Below, in pieces: positions 1 to 11,443 of a stretch of DNA of 64,000 nt; within the stretch, counting starts at the first letter, position 1, and every line of letters starts with the position of its first letter. Source of the stretch: Escherichia coli (GTDB lineage Bacteria; Pseudomonadota; Gammaproteobacteria; Enterobacterales; Enterobacteriaceae); the NCBI RefSeq assembly GCF_003334815.1, contig NZ_QOWO01000007.1. One strand, given 5' to 3'. A model generated the notes under the pieces. It did no database searches. It had not been told where the DNA came from and saw nothing but the letters and a program-made list of their open reading frames with translations. A program made the position numbers and the translations under genes.

Positions 1-499
1 CCGCATCCACATCATCAAATACCCCCTCGCGAACCATGAACGTTTTACCCGAGCCGCCTTCTTCGCCAGGACAACCATAAAAGCGCACCGTGCCGCCTTG
101 CCCATATTGTTCCAGCCATTTCTTGACGGCTATTGCAGCGGCAAAGGCGGCGGTTCCCAGCAAATTGTGTCCGCAACCGTGACCATTTTCACCGGGCGTC
201 ACGGATGTAGGTTGCGCGCAACCTGCTTGCTGACTTAAACCTGCCAGGGCGTCATATTCTCCCAGCAGGGCGATAACCGGTTTGCCTTGACCAAACGAAG
301 CAATAAAGGCATTTGGGATATTGCCTACGTTGCGGGTAACGGTGAAGCCTGCAGATTCCAGCGCCGAAGCCAGATGCTCCGCTGACCAGAACTCTTCAAA
401 ACGTGTTTCTGGATGATCCCAGATTTGATCGGCAATATCGGTATAACGTTGGCGATCGGCTTCAATCGCATCGTCGATAAAACGATAGATTTCCTGCAT
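1..499 (-). CDS. abgB: p-aminobenzoyl-glutamate hydrolase subunit B, 5' portion only (gene runs off the window start)
   Basis: Minus-strand ATG at 497-499 overlaps the abgA stop (ATGA); reverse translation begins MQEIYRFIDD; absent from ORF track because no stop lies inside the window. Confidence 0.8.
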   Translation of the reverse strand, partial: MQEIYRFIDDAIEADRQRYTDIADQIWDHPETRFEEFWSAEHLASALESAGFTVTRNVGNIPNAFIASFGQGKPVIALLGEYDALAGLSQQAGCAQPTSVTPGENGHGCGHNLLGTAAFAAAIAVKKWLEQYGQGGTVRFYGCPGEEGGSGKTFMVREGVFDDVDA

Positions 500-1809
500 C
501 AGATACCTCGCGTCCAGGGAAAATTGAGCGCGGTGCGCGCCAGCGTTTCGACGGCAATAGCGAGAACCTGCTCGTCAAAATCGAATTTTTCGTTGTGATG
601 ACCTGCCGCCAGCTGTGTGCCAAACACCACGTAGGAGGCTTGCCCTTGATGTTGCTGCACGCGGGCCATCATTAATGTGGCATCTTCGGAACCCGCAGGC
701 GCTTCAACACGTTCAATGGCCTGATTGACCCCCGCGACCTGAGCCGCCTGACTTTGCAACCATGCGACCCATTGCGGCGAAGGAGAACTGGCGGTAGCTG
801 CACCCATCAGACGAGTTTCAACGCCGACACCATACATGGTTGCTGCGCCCTGAATCGCTTGTTGTGCACGGTCAAAAACATATTGATTAATGACGTCGCT
901 GGCCCCGCGTGTTTCCACTTTCAGCAACGCCGAGGCAGGAACAACGTTACGACCGCTTCCTGCCTGCATAACGCCCACGTTTACTCTGGAAGCTCCTTCG
1001 CTGTGCGGGGCGATTGCATGCAGTGCAAGAGTGGCTTGTGCTGCCGCCAACAAGGCATTGTGACCGTCTTCTGGTTTTGCGCCTGCGTGAGCGGCGGTAC
1101 CGGTGAAGTGCGCGTCAAATTTGGTGGTTGCCATAAAATTATCACTGCCGCACACCACGGTGCCCGCAGGTACGCCAGTGCCAATGTGCACGGCAGTAAA
1201 ATAATCAACATCATCTACGACACCTGCATCGACCATCGCCCGCGCGCCACGCGTACCTTCCTCTGCAGGCTGAAAAATCAGTTTGATGACGCCATGTAGT
1301 CCGGACTCGAACTGTTTAAGGGTATGCGCCAGCCCAAGCCCAATGGCGGTATGTCCATCATGACCACAGGCATGCATCATTCCGGCGTTACATGACGCAA
1401 AACCGTCGCGGTAGGGGCGATGGCTGACATCCTGCTCTTCACTGAGATCCAGCGCGTCCATATCGACACGGAAAGCCATCACCGGACCGGGGCGACCGGT
1501 ATCCAGGGTGGCGACGATACCAGTGAAACCACCTTCAAAAGCCGCAATCCATTGTGCTAGCGCACCCTGTTGACGAGCGCGCTCGAATTCGCGTTGTAGA
1601 GTGAATTCATCAGGTAATCCCATCCGGCTACTTTCATTAACTACTTCGCGACCCAGCGCCAGTGAATAGCCGAGCTGGTGCAATTCTTCCGCAACAAGGG
1701 TGGCAGTGCGGAATTCCACCCAGCCAGACTCTGCATAGTGATGAAAATCACGTCGCCAGTGCGATAATTTTGGGGCAAGCGAATTAACAAATTGATTCAA
1801 AGACTCCAT
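499..1809 (-). CDS. abgA: p-aminobenzoyl-glutamate hydrolase subunit A (M20 peptidase family)
   Basis: Track ORF 499..1824; start moved to internal ATG (MESLNQ...) preceded by GGAAAGG; divergent from abgR. Confidence 0.85.
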   Translation of the reverse strand: MESLNQFVNSLAPKLSHWRRDFHHYAESGWVEFRTATLVAEELHQLGYSLALGREVVNESSRMGLPDEFTLQREFERARQQGALAQWIAAFEGGFTGIVATLDTGRPGPVMAFRVDMDALDLSEEQDVSHRPYRDGFASCNAGMMHACGHDGHTAIGLGLAHTLKQFESGLHGVIKLIFQPAEEGTRGARAMVDAGVVDDVDYFTAVHIGTGVPAGTVVCGSDNFMATTKFDAHFTGTAAHAGAKPEDGHNALLAAAQATLALHAIAPHSEGASRVNVGVMQAGSGRNVVPASALLKVETRGASDVINQYVFDRAQQAIQGAATMYGVGVETRLMGAATASSPSPQWVAWLQSQAAQVAGVNQAIERVEAPAGSEDATLMMARVQQHQGQASYVVFGTQLAAGHHNEKFDFDEQVLAIAVETLARTALNFPWTRGI

Positions 1810-1984
1810 AACCTTTCCCGTCATCAGTAAAAAGTGTGACCCGGTTCACGTAGCGATAGTTTTTACTTATCACTAACTGATTTTTCACAGTTTTAACCGT
1901 TCATAAATTACCCTGACACAATCATCTGCATTAAAGTAGATGCCAGTTTCTTTGGTCTGATAAATAACGGTTATCGGTGGCGTC

Positions 1985-2893
1985 ATGGCTTTTCAGGTAA
2001 AAATTCATCAAATTCGGGCTTTTGTTGAAGTGGCTCGTCAGGGCAGCATTCGCGGAGCGAGCCGAATGTTGAATATGTCGCAACCGGCACTGAGTAAATC
2101 TATTCAGGAGCTAGAAGAAGGGTTAGCGGCGCAACTCTTTTTTCGCCGTAGTAAAGGCGTGACGTTAACTGATGCCGGTGAAAGTTTTTATCAGCACGCC
2201 AGTCTAATTCTTGAAGAGCTGCGCGCAGCCCAAGAGGATATTCGCCAACGACAAGGGCAACTGGCAGGGCAGATTAATATCGGCATGGGGGCCAGTATTT
2301 CCCGCAGTCTGATGCCAGCTGTCATATCTCGTTTTCATCAGCAGCATCCGCAGGTAAAAGTACGCATTATGGAAGGGCAACTGGTGTCGATGATTAATGA
2401 ATTGCGTCAGGGAGAATTGGATTTCACCATCAATACCTATTATCAGGGACCGTACGACCACGAATTTACTTTTGAGAAATTACTGGAAAAGCAATTCGCG
2501 ATCTTTTGCCGCCCGGGACACCCCGCCATTGGTGCCCGTTCGATCAAACAGTTACTGGATTACAGCTGGACAATGCCGACGCCACACGGCAGCTACTACA
2601 AACAGTTGAGTGAATTGCTTGACGATCAGGCGCAAACGCCACAGGTCGGTGTAGTCTGCGAGACGTTCTCAGCCTGTATCAGTCTGGTGGCAAAAAGCGA
2701 TTTTCTCAGCATACTGCCTGAAGAAATGGGCTGCGATCCCTTGCACGGACAGGGGCTGGTGATGTTGCCGGTTAGCGAAATTTTACCGAAAGCGGCCTAT
2801 TATTTGATTCAGCGGCGTGATAGTCGCCAGACACCACTGACCGCGTCATTAATCACGCAATTCCGGCGAGAATGCGGCTATCTGCAAAGTTAA
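1985..2893 (+). CDS. abgR: LysR-family transcriptional regulator of abg operon
   Basis: 302 aa; N-terminal helix-turn-helix (SQPALSKSIQELE); divergent from abgA. Confidence 0.9.
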   Translation: MAFQVKIHQIRAFVEVARQGSIRGASRMLNMSQPALSKSIQELEEGLAAQLFFRRSKGVTLTDAGESFYQHASLILEELRAAQEDIRQRQGQLAGQINIGMGASISRSLMPAVISRFHQQHPQVKVRIMEGQLVSMINELRQGELDFTINTYYQGPYDHEFTFEKLLEKQFAIFCRPGHPAIGARSIKQLLDYSWTMPTPHGSYYKQLSELLDDQAQTPQVGVVCETFSACISLVAKSDFLSILPEEMGCDPLHGQGLVMLPVSEILPKAAYYLIQRRDSRQTPLTASLITQFRRECGYLQS

Positions 2894-2900
2894 AACTGCA

Positions 2901-2995
2901 TAAAAAAATAGAGTCTGTCGACATCCGCCAGACTCTACAGTACACACAGCAGTGCATCCGCGTCTTAAATCCGGCATTGTCTCCTCTGCGCCGGT
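2901..2995 (-). ncRNA. mcaS: McaS (IsrA) small regulatory RNA
   Basis: Reverse complement reads ACCGGCGCAGAGGAGACAATGCCGGATTTAAGACGCGGATGCACT... and ends in hairpin AGAGTCTGGCGGATGTCGACAGACTCT plus T7; lies in abgR-smrA spacer as in K-12. Confidence 0.75.
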
Positions 2996-3222
2996 GACTG
3001 TGTTATAACGGTTTTAACCTTTAGTTGCCAATTTTCTTCAGTGACAGATTTCACGAAAATATAAGTTACATTATTAATATCGTGAATGAATAATCATGCA
3101 TAAGTATTTTGCTTAAAATATCGGCAATATTTGGAACTTATTACTGGAAATTTGGGTAATACGTTGTTGGACCGACCCGGTCTGGTTATCATATCGCGCT
3201 CTTAATTGCGGGAGGATGTAAC

Positions 3223-3786
3223 ATGAACCTTGACGACAAATCGCTGTTTCTTGACGCCATGGAAGATGTCCAGCCGCTGAAACGTGCTACCGATGTCCAC
3301 TGGCATCCAACGCGTAACCAACGTGCGCCGCAGCGTATCGACACGCTGCAGCTTGATAATTTCCTCACCACCGGATTTCTCGACATCATCCCACTAAGTC
3401 AGCCGCTGGAGTTTCGGCGGGAAGGGTTGCAACATGGGGTGCTGGATAAGCTGCGCAGTGGTAAATATCCGCAACAGGCGAGCCTGAATCTTTTGCGCCA
3501 GCCGGTGGAAGAGTGCCGCAAAATGGTGTTCAGTTTTATTCAACAAGCCCTGGCGGATGGTTTGCGTAACGTGCTGATTATTCATGGTAAAGGGCGGGAT
3601 GATAAATCGCATGCCAATATTGTCCGCAGCTATGTGGCGCGCTGGCTGACCGAATTTGATGATGTTCAGGCATATTGCACCGCGCTACCGCATCATGGCG
3701 GCAGCGGGGCGTGTTACGTCGCACTACGTAAAACGGCGCAGGCGAAGCAAGAAAACTGGGAGCGCCACGCTAAGCGCAGTCGTTGA
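3223..3786 (+). CDS. smrA: Smr-domain DNA endonuclease-like protein
   Basis: 187 aa ORF, RBS GGGAGGATG upstream; matches ydaL/smrA position. Confidence 0.85.
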   Translation: MNLDDKSLFLDAMEDVQPLKRATDVHWHPTRNQRAPQRIDTLQLDNFLTTGFLDIIPLSQPLEFRREGLQHGVLDKLRSGKYPQQASLNLLRQPVEECRKMVFSFIQQALADGLRNVLIIHGKGRDDKSHANIVRSYVARWLTEFDDVQAYCTALPHHGGSGACYVALRKTAQAKQENWERHAKRSR

Positions 3787-3806
3787 TCTCGAGACGCATC
3801 CGCGGC

Positions 3807-5039
3807 TTATGCCGCCAGCACGCGGTTGCGTCCATCATTTTTCGCCCGATACAAAGCATCATCAACGCGTTTAAACAGTTCATCGATGCTTTCATTTCCT
3901 TCGTGATGCGCCACACCAATGCTGACGGTAAAGCGTGGTAAGCCCGAAATACTCACTTTTGCCACGCTTACGCGGATAGTTTCAGCCAGCGAAAGCGCGG
4001 TATCCAGTGGGGTTCTTGGTAGCAATAAGACAAACTCTTCGCCTCCCCAACGAAACACCAAATCGCCTTTGCGAGCGCAACTTTCGAGGGTGCGGGCGAG
4101 GGCGCATAACACCTCATCACCTTTAGAATGCCCATAGAGATCGTTAATGTGTTTAAAACGATCGGTGTCGATGAGCAACAAGCTGTAATCCTGAGCGATG
4201 GCGAGATGCTGCATTTGGCCTGGTTCCGTAATGTGATAAAACTGTCGCCGATTCAGTAATCCGGTCATCGCGTCATGGTGAGCAGCATGTTCCAGCTGCT
4301 CCTCCAGCCGTTTTTGCTCAGTAATATCATGCACAATACATAACATGAGCTTGTCGCCATAAATTTCAATCGGTCCGGCATAGGTCTGCACATGACGAGT
4401 CGAACCATCCGCCAGTTTATGAACAAAATTCAAAGGTTTATGACCACCGGGTAAATGCGAGATTTCATGCATGATAGGCATGACGCGACGCCCGAGCATA
4501 TTTATTTCCCAGGTATGTTTCTGGCACATCGTTTCATGGTTATAACCATAGAAATTGAGCGCGGCGAGGTTAGCATCGACGATTTGTCCATCTCGTGACG
4601 GGTCAATCAACAACATTGGTGCAGAGTTAGTCAGAAAAAAGCGCGCATAAAAACCTTGTTTTTTGCGCTGATAATTTGCCGAGCGACTGGCTTTTAAACC
4701 CAGCGTTGCCGGCGCTTCGATACCTTCGAAAATAATCACCGGTTCTGTTTCTGTCAGCTTTCGCAAAACAAGCCGACAGCTCAATGCTGTTTCCTCTTCT
4801 TTACGCTGAACAGTGAGGATTTCGATAATATCGTGTTGGTTTTGCAGATCGGAGAGGTATTTCGGCAGTTCTTTTTGTGAGGAGACGGAATAGGGTCCGG
4901 TTCGTAGCTGACTAAACGTGAGGTCTTGCATCAACAGTTTCGCCGCGCTATTGGCATAAATTAACTGTTCCTCAAAGGGCGAAACGATCCAGACAGGACT
5001 GGTGAGTAAGTCCAGGGTATTGAAGTTGTGCGTAATCAT
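3807..5039 (-). CDS. dgcM: diguanylate cyclase (PAS-PAS-GGDEF)
   Basis: Track ORF 3807..5099; start moved to internal ATG (MITHNF...) for 410 aa; GGEEF motif (RWGGEEFVLL) in C-terminus. Confidence 0.85.
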   Translation of the reverse strand: MITHNFNTLDLLTSPVWIVSPFEEQLIYANSAAKLLMQDLTFSQLRTGPYSVSSQKELPKYLSDLQNQHDIIEILTVQRKEEETALSCRLVLRKLTETEPVIIFEGIEAPATLGLKASRSANYQRKKQGFYARFFLTNSAPMLLIDPSRDGQIVDANLAALNFYGYNHETMCQKHTWEINMLGRRVMPIMHEISHLPGGHKPLNFVHKLADGSTRHVQTYAGPIEIYGDKLMLCIVHDITEQKRLEEQLEHAAHHDAMTGLLNRRQFYHITEPGQMQHLAIAQDYSLLLIDTDRFKHINDLYGHSKGDEVLCALARTLESCARKGDLVFRWGGEEFVLLLPRTPLDTALSLAETIRVSVAKVSISGLPRFTVSIGVAHHEGNESIDELFKRVDDALYRAKNDGRNRVLAA

Positions 5040-5272
5040 TGAGATCCCGTTATTTTTATCAATTTTTGTTGCTATCCGATCGCAAAAAAGCCACGTCATA
5101 TGATCAGATAATTCTGATAATGATAGACGCTATTTAACACTTCACACGGTTTGTATACGGAAAAGCATTTTGCTTTTTGTATTCAATTTAGACAGAATTT
5201 TATTAATCATTTCAGGGTAATGGGGTGATGAGATGTTGCGTAACAGGGCCAGAAGGCTAGACTACAAAATAA

Positions 5273-6277
<1,005 letters not shown>

Positions 6278-6323
6278 CAAAAGCAATTTTTCCGGCTGTC
6301 TGTATACAAAAACGCCGCAAAGT

Positions 6324-6337
6324 TTGAGCGAAGTCAA
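6324..6337 (+). promoter_or_regulatory. FNR box (TTGAG-N4-GTCAA) centred about -42 from FnrS 5' end
   Basis: Near-consensus TTGAT-N4-ATCAA half-sites at class II activation distance from the sRNA start. Confidence 0.6.
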
Positions 6338-6372
6338 TAAACTCTCTACCCATTCAGGGCAATATCTCTCTT

Positions 6373-6494
6373 GCAGGTGAATGCAACGTCAAGCGATGGG
6401 CGTTGCGCTCCATATTGTCTTACTTCCTTTTTTGAATTACTGCATAGCACAATTGATTCGTACGACGCCGACTTTGATGAGTCGGCTTTTTTTT
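6373..6494 (+). ncRNA. fnrS: FnrS small RNA
   Basis: Sequence GCAGGTGAATGCAACGTCAAGCGATGGGCG...GCCGACTTTGATGAGTCGGC plus T8 terminator; zntB-dbpA spacer as in K-12. Confidence 0.85.
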
Positions 6495-6551
6495 GCCTGT
6501 TATTTATCAGCGTCTACCCTTTAAGAGTCCACCCAATGACCAGAGGGAAAT

Positions 6552-6725
6552 ATGACGACACTTATTTATTTGCAAATTCCTGTCCCTGAACCGATTCCTG
6601 GCGATCCTGTTCCAGTGCCCGATCCGATCCCTCGCCCGCAACCCATGCCTGACCCACCACCCGATGAAGAACCGATTAAATTGTCGCATCGTGAGCGTAG
6701 ATCTGCGAGGATACGCGCCTGCTAA
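6552..6725 (+). CDS. candidate 57-aa proline-rich small protein (MTTLIYLQIPVPEPIPGDPVPVPDPIPRPQPMPDPPPDEEPIKLSHRERRSARIRAC)
   Basis: ATG with GAGGG 5 nt upstream; intact frame to TAA; below ORF-track length cutoff; function unknown. Confidence 0.4.
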   Translation: MTTLIYLQIPVPEPIPGDPVPVPDPIPRPQPMPDPPPDEEPIKLSHRERRSARIRAC

Positions 6726-6754
6726 CTTTGCGTCGATGACCACGAGAATAGATT

Positions 6755-8128
6755 GTGACCGCTTTTTCTACCCTGAATGTTTTGCCTCCCGCCCAACTCA
6801 CGAACCTTAATGAGTTGGGTTATTTAACCATGACGCCGGTGCAGGCCGCCGCGCTTCCGGCGATCCTTGCCGGAAAAGATGTTCGCGTGCAGGCGAAAAC
6901 CGGCAGCGGCAAAACGGCGGCTTTTGGCCTCGGCTTGTTACAGCAAATTGATGCGTCGCTATTTCAAACCCAGGCTTTAGTGCTGTGTCCTACGCGTGAA
7001 CTGGCGGATCAGGTGGCAGGTGAATTGCGTCGGCTGGCGCGTTTTCTGCCAAATACCAAAATTTTGACGTTGTGCGGTGGTCAACCGTTCGGTATGCAGC
7101 GTGATTCGTTGCAACATGCGCCGCATATTATCGTGGCAACGCCGGGGCGTTTGCTGGATCACCTGCAAAAAGGCACGGTATCACTGGATGCGTTGAATAC
7201 GCTGGTGATGGATGAGGCCGACCGCATGCTGGATATGGGATTTAGCGATGCCATTGATGATGTCATCCGTTTTGCGCCTGCATCTCGACAGACGCTTCTG
7301 TTTTCGGCAACCTGGCCGGAAGCCATCGCTGCAATCAGCGGACGAGTGCAACGCGATCCTTTGGCGATTGAAATTGACTCAACAGATGCTTTGCCACCCA
7401 TTGAACAACAATTTTATGAGACATCCAGCAAAGGCAAAATTCCTCTGTTGCAACGGTTATTAAGCTTGCATCAGCCATCCTCTTGCGTGGTGTTTTGCAA
7501 TACCAAAAAAGATTGCCAGGCTGTCTGCGACGCGCTGAATGAAGTAGGGCAAAGTGCATTGTCATTACACGGCGATTTGGAGCAACGCGATCGCGATCAG
7601 ACCCTGGTACGTTTTGCTAACGGTAGCGCCCGTGTACTGGTCGCGACTGATGTTGCTGCGCGTGGTCTGGATATTAAATCGCTTGAGCTGGTGGTGAACT
7701 TTGAGCTGGCGTGGGACCCTGAAGTTCATGTACATCGCATCGGTCGTACAGCTCGTGCAGGAAATAGCGGTCTGGCGATCAGTTTCTGTGCTCCGGAAGA
7801 AGCACAGCGGGCCAATATCATTTCTGACATGTTGCAGATAAAACTTAACTGGCAAACGCCGCCAGCTAATAGTTCCATTGCGACGCTGGAAGCAGAAATG
7901 GCAACGTTGTGTATCGATGGCGGGAAAAAAGCCAAAATGCGCCCGGGTGATGTATTAGGTGCACTGACAGGAGATATCGGGCTTGATGGCGCAGATATTG
8001 GCAAAATCGCCGTGCATCCGGCGCATGTCTATGTCGCGGTCCGTCAGGCTGTTGCTCATAAAGCATGGAAACAGTTACAGGGCGGGAAGATTAAAGGAAA
8101 AACGTGCCGGGTGCGGTTATTAAAATAA
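6755..8128 (+). CDS. dbpA: ATP-dependent RNA helicase DbpA (DEAD-box)
   Basis: 457 aa, GTG start; motifs AKTGSGKT and VMDEADRM. Confidence 0.9.
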   Translation: MTAFSTLNVLPPAQLTNLNELGYLTMTPVQAAALPAILAGKDVRVQAKTGSGKTAAFGLGLLQQIDASLFQTQALVLCPTRELADQVAGELRRLARFLPNTKILTLCGGQPFGMQRDSLQHAPHIIVATPGRLLDHLQKGTVSLDALNTLVMDEADRMLDMGFSDAIDDVIRFAPASRQTLLFSATWPEAIAAISGRVQRDPLAIEIDSTDALPPIEQQFYETSSKGKIPLLQRLLSLHQPSSCVVFCNTKKDCQAVCDALNEVGQSALSLHGDLEQRDRDQTLVRFANGSARVLVATDVAARGLDIKSLELVVNFELAWDPEVHVHRIGRTARAGNSGLAISFCAPEEAQRANIISDMLQIKLNWQTPPANSSIATLEAEMATLCIDGGKKAKMRPGDVLGALTGDIGLDGADIGKIAVHPAHVYVAVRQAVAHKAWKQLQGGKIKGKTCRVRLLK

Positions 8129-8175
8129 TGAAATGTTGAATTGCCGGGTGCAAGAGTAAACATCTTATTCGGGAT

Positions 8176-8213
8176 TGCCGGATGCGACGCTGGCCGCGTC
8201 TTATCCGGCCTCC
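8176..8213. repeat. REP (palindromic unit) element
   Basis: TGCCGGATGCGACGCTGGCCGCGTCTTATCCGGCCTCC matches the REP consensus GCCGGATG...CTTATCCGGCCTAC. Confidence 0.65.
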
Positions 8214-8222
8214 ATAAGAGTA

Positions 8223-8246
8223 GCCCGATACGCTTGCGCATCGGGC
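8223..8246. terminator. hairpin between convergent dbpA and ttcA
   Basis: GCCCGAT...ATCGGGC stem 10 nt before ttcA stop. Confidence 0.45.
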
Positions 8247-8256
8247 GCTATCCTGG

Positions 8257-9192
8257 TTATTTCACTTCAACCACATTCAGCCGTAACTCATCCAACTGAT
8301 TTTCATCTTCTTCTGGCTGCCAGCACGCCGGTTGTAGTGGGATCTCTTCGCGATCAAACGCCAGATCACCCCCGTTAACCACTTCAGAACCGTGGGTGAT
8401 GCCTTTGAAATCGAACAGGTTGGTATCGCACAGATGCGACGGCACCACATTCTGCATCGCGCTGAACATCGTCTCGATACGCCCTGGATAACGTTTATCC
8501 CAGTCACGCAACATGTCAGCAATCACCTGACGTTGCAGGTTAGGCTGTGAACCGCACAGGTTGCACGGAATAATCGGGAACGCTTTTGCATCGGCAAATC
8601 GCTGAATATCTTTCTCGCGGCAGTAGGCCAGCGGACGAATAACGATATGTTTGCCATCATCGCTCATCAGTTTCGGAGGCATACCTTTCATCTTACCGCC
8701 GTAGAACATATTTAAGAACAACGTTTGCAGGATATCGTCACGATGGTGACCCAACGCGATCTTCGTCGCCCCCAGTTCCGTTGCGGTACGATAAAGGATA
8801 CCGCGACGAAGGCGAGAACACAGTGAGCAAGTGGTTTTGCCCTCTGGAATCTTCTCTTTCACGATACCGTAAGTATTCTCTTCAACAATCTTGTACTCAA
8901 CGCCCAGCTTTTCAAGATACTCGGGCAGAACGTGTTCCGGGAAGCCCGGTTGCTTTTGATCGAGGTTAACAGCCACCAGCGAAAAATTGATTGGCGCGCT
9001 TTGCTGCAAATTGCGCAGAATCTCCAGCATGGTATAGCTGTCTTTACCCCCGGAGAGGCAAACCATGATGCGATCGCCTTCTTCAATCATATTGAAGTCA
9101 GCAATGGCTTCGCCCACGTTACGACGCAGACGTTTTTGTAATTTGTTCAGGTTGTATTGTTCTTTCTTACTAATTTCTTGATTTTGCGACAT
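8257..9192 (-). CDS. ttcA: tRNA 2-thiocytidine(32) synthetase
   Basis: 311 aa; PP-loop SGGKDS and CxxC pairs; N-terminus [14 protein letters not shown]. Confidence 0.9.
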   Translation of the reverse strand: MSQNQEISKKEQYNLNKLQKRLRRNVGEAIADFNMIEEGDRIMVCLSGGKDSYTMLEILRNLQQSAPINFSLVAVNLDQKQPGFPEHVLPEYLEKLGVEYKIVEENTYGIVKEKIPEGKTTCSLCSRLRRGILYRTATELGATKIALGHHRDDILQTLFLNMFYGGKMKGMPPKLMSDDGKHIVIRPLAYCREKDIQRFADAKAFPIIPCNLCGSQPNLQRQVIADMLRDWDKRYPGRIETMFSAMQNVVPSHLCDTNLFDFKGITHGSEVVNGGDLAFDREEIPLQPACWQPEEDENQLDELRLNVVEVK

Positions 9193-9341
9193 TTAAAAGC
9201 GACTCAATTCGTTATATGGCATCAGAAGAGTATGCGTCATGCCGGAACGCCCAGCATAAGAAATCTGATATAAAAAACTGTGGCGTGTATGGTACGGATT
9301 AGAGGGGAAAATGTCAGCACATTTGCGAAATGAATCAAAAA

Positions 9342-9361
9342 GCCCGCAGCAATGTGCGGGC
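9342..9361 (-). terminator. uspF intrinsic terminator
   Basis: On minus strand GCCCGCACATTGCTGCGGGC followed by TTTTTGATT, just downstream of uspF stop. Confidence 0.6.
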
Positions 9362-9368
9362 GTTAGTG

Positions 9369-9884
<516 letters not shown>

Positions 9885-9910
9885 TTAGATCAAAGGAGGA
9901 AGAATAAGCA

Positions 9911-9935
9911 GAAAAAGCCCGCCATAACAGCGGGC
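9911..9935 (-). terminator. ompN intrinsic terminator
   Basis: Minus strand GCCCGCTGTTATGGCGGGC followed by TTTTT. Confidence 0.6.
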
Positions 9936-9943
9936 AGGAGGAT

Positions 9944-11077
9944 TTAGAACTGATAAACCAGACCTAAAGCGACAATATCATCGGTAGAGATGCCATTGGC
10001 AGCGTAGAAGCTGTCATCTTCATCCAACAGGTTGATTTTATAGTCAACGTAGGTGGACATGTTTTTATTGAAATAGTAAGTCGCGCCAATATCGGCGTAT
10101 TTAACCAGATCTTTATCATCAACACCTGCCGGGTTGTCTGCACCACCCGCAGCGTGCAGGTCACGGCCTTTAGACATCAGGAAAGAGACTGCCGGACGCA
10201 GACCAAAATCAAACTGGTACTGTGCAGTGACTTCAAAATTCTGGGTTTTGTTTGCCACAGCATAATCGCTGTCGCCAAACGGGGTCATATTACGCGTTTC
10301 TGAATACATGGTTGCCAGGTAAATATTGTTAGCATCGTATTTTAGCCCAGCAGTCCACGCGTCTGCTTTATCACCACCCGCCGCAGTATGGTTAACCTGG
10401 TCATTGGTGCGGTCAGAAGAGGTGTATGCCGCACCAGCGCTAAAGCCCATGCCTAAATCATATGTTGTGGAAAGACCCCAGCCGTCACCGTTTTCATGGC
10501 GAACATCACGTCCGTTGTTGGTGCCTTCCTGACCATTACTGGCTCCTTCGTTGTTACCTTGATACTGCACCGCGAAGTTCAGACCATTTACCAGACCGAA
10601 GAAATCAGTATTACGATAAGTCGCGACGCCATTGGCTCGACCAGTCATAAAGTTGTCTGCATTGGTATAAGAGTCACCGCCAAATTCAGGCAGCATATCG
10701 GTCCAGCCTTCGATGTCGTACATTACGCCATAATTACGTCCGTAATCGAAAGAACCGTAATCTGCAAATTTCAGCCCGGCAAATGCCAGACGGGTCCATG
10801 ACTGGTTTTTTGAAGATTCAGTGTTGTTTGCCTGAATATTGTATTCCCATTGACCGTAGCCAGTGAGTTGATCGTTAATTTGGGTTTCGCCTTTAAAACC
10901 CAGACGCGCATAGCTCTGGTCGCCATCTTTCGCTGAATTATCAGAAAAATAATGCAGGCCATCAACTTTGCCATACAGATCTAATTTGTTGCCGTCTTTA
11001 TTATAAACTTCGGCTGCATGTGCAGCACCTGCGGCGAGCAGGGCAGGAATTAAAAGTGCCAGTACTTTGCTTTTCAT
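9944..11077 (-). CDS. ompN: outer membrane porin N
   Basis: 377 aa; signal peptide [22 protein letters not shown]-terminal ...GLVYQF. Confidence 0.9.
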   Translation of the reverse strand: MKSKVLALLIPALLAAGAAHAAEVYNKDGNKLDLYGKVDGLHYFSDNSAKDGDQSYARLGFKGETQINDQLTGYGQWEYNIQANNTESSKNQSWTRLAFAGLKFADYGSFDYGRNYGVMYDIEGWTDMLPEFGGDSYTNADNFMTGRANGVATYRNTDFFGLVNGLNFAVQYQGNNEGASNGQEGTNNGRDVRHENGDGWGLSTTYDLGMGFSAGAAYTSSDRTNDQVNHTAAGGDKADAWTAGLKYDANNIYLATMYSETRNMTPFGDSDYAVANKTQNFEVTAQYQFDFGLRPAVSFLMSKGRDLHAAGGADNPAGVDDKDLVKYADIGATYYFNKNMSTYVDYKINLLDEDDSFYAANGISTDDIVALGLVYQF

Positions 11078-11304
11078 TGAATAAATCCTTTAGTTATTTT
11101 ATTTGCCTTTTATCCCCATTTCGGGGAGTGAAAACATCCTAAAGGAGAAGTTCAGTTAGCCGATAAATATCATTTGTTACGCCTTAAGTAAAACCTTAAT
11201 CAAATAATTCCTCTGAAATGATAATAAGTCTGGTGAATGTATCGAAGATAATACATACAAAATAAAAATTATACTTTTAATTTGCTATACGTTATTCTGC
11301 GCGG

Positions 11305-11413
11305 GTTATATGCCTTTATTGTCACAGATTTTATTTTCTGTTGGGCCATTGCATTGCCACTGATTTTCCAACATATAAAAAGACAAGCCCGAACAGTCGT
11401 CCGGGCTTTTTTT
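11305..11413 (+). ncRNA. micC: MicC small RNA
   Basis: Sequence GTTATATGCCTTTATTGTCACAGATTTTATTTTCTGTTGGGCCATTGCATTGCC...AGCCCGAACAGTCGTCCGGGCT plus T9; ompN-ydbK spacer. Confidence 0.85.
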
Positions 11414-11443
11414 TTAGAATTGGATAATCCTTATCCAGAGCAT

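Noticed and set aside
754-1299. 181-aa plus-strand ORF inside abgA
   Set aside because: Antisense shadow ORF across a well-supported gene; Cys/Arg-rich low-complexity translation; no RBS.
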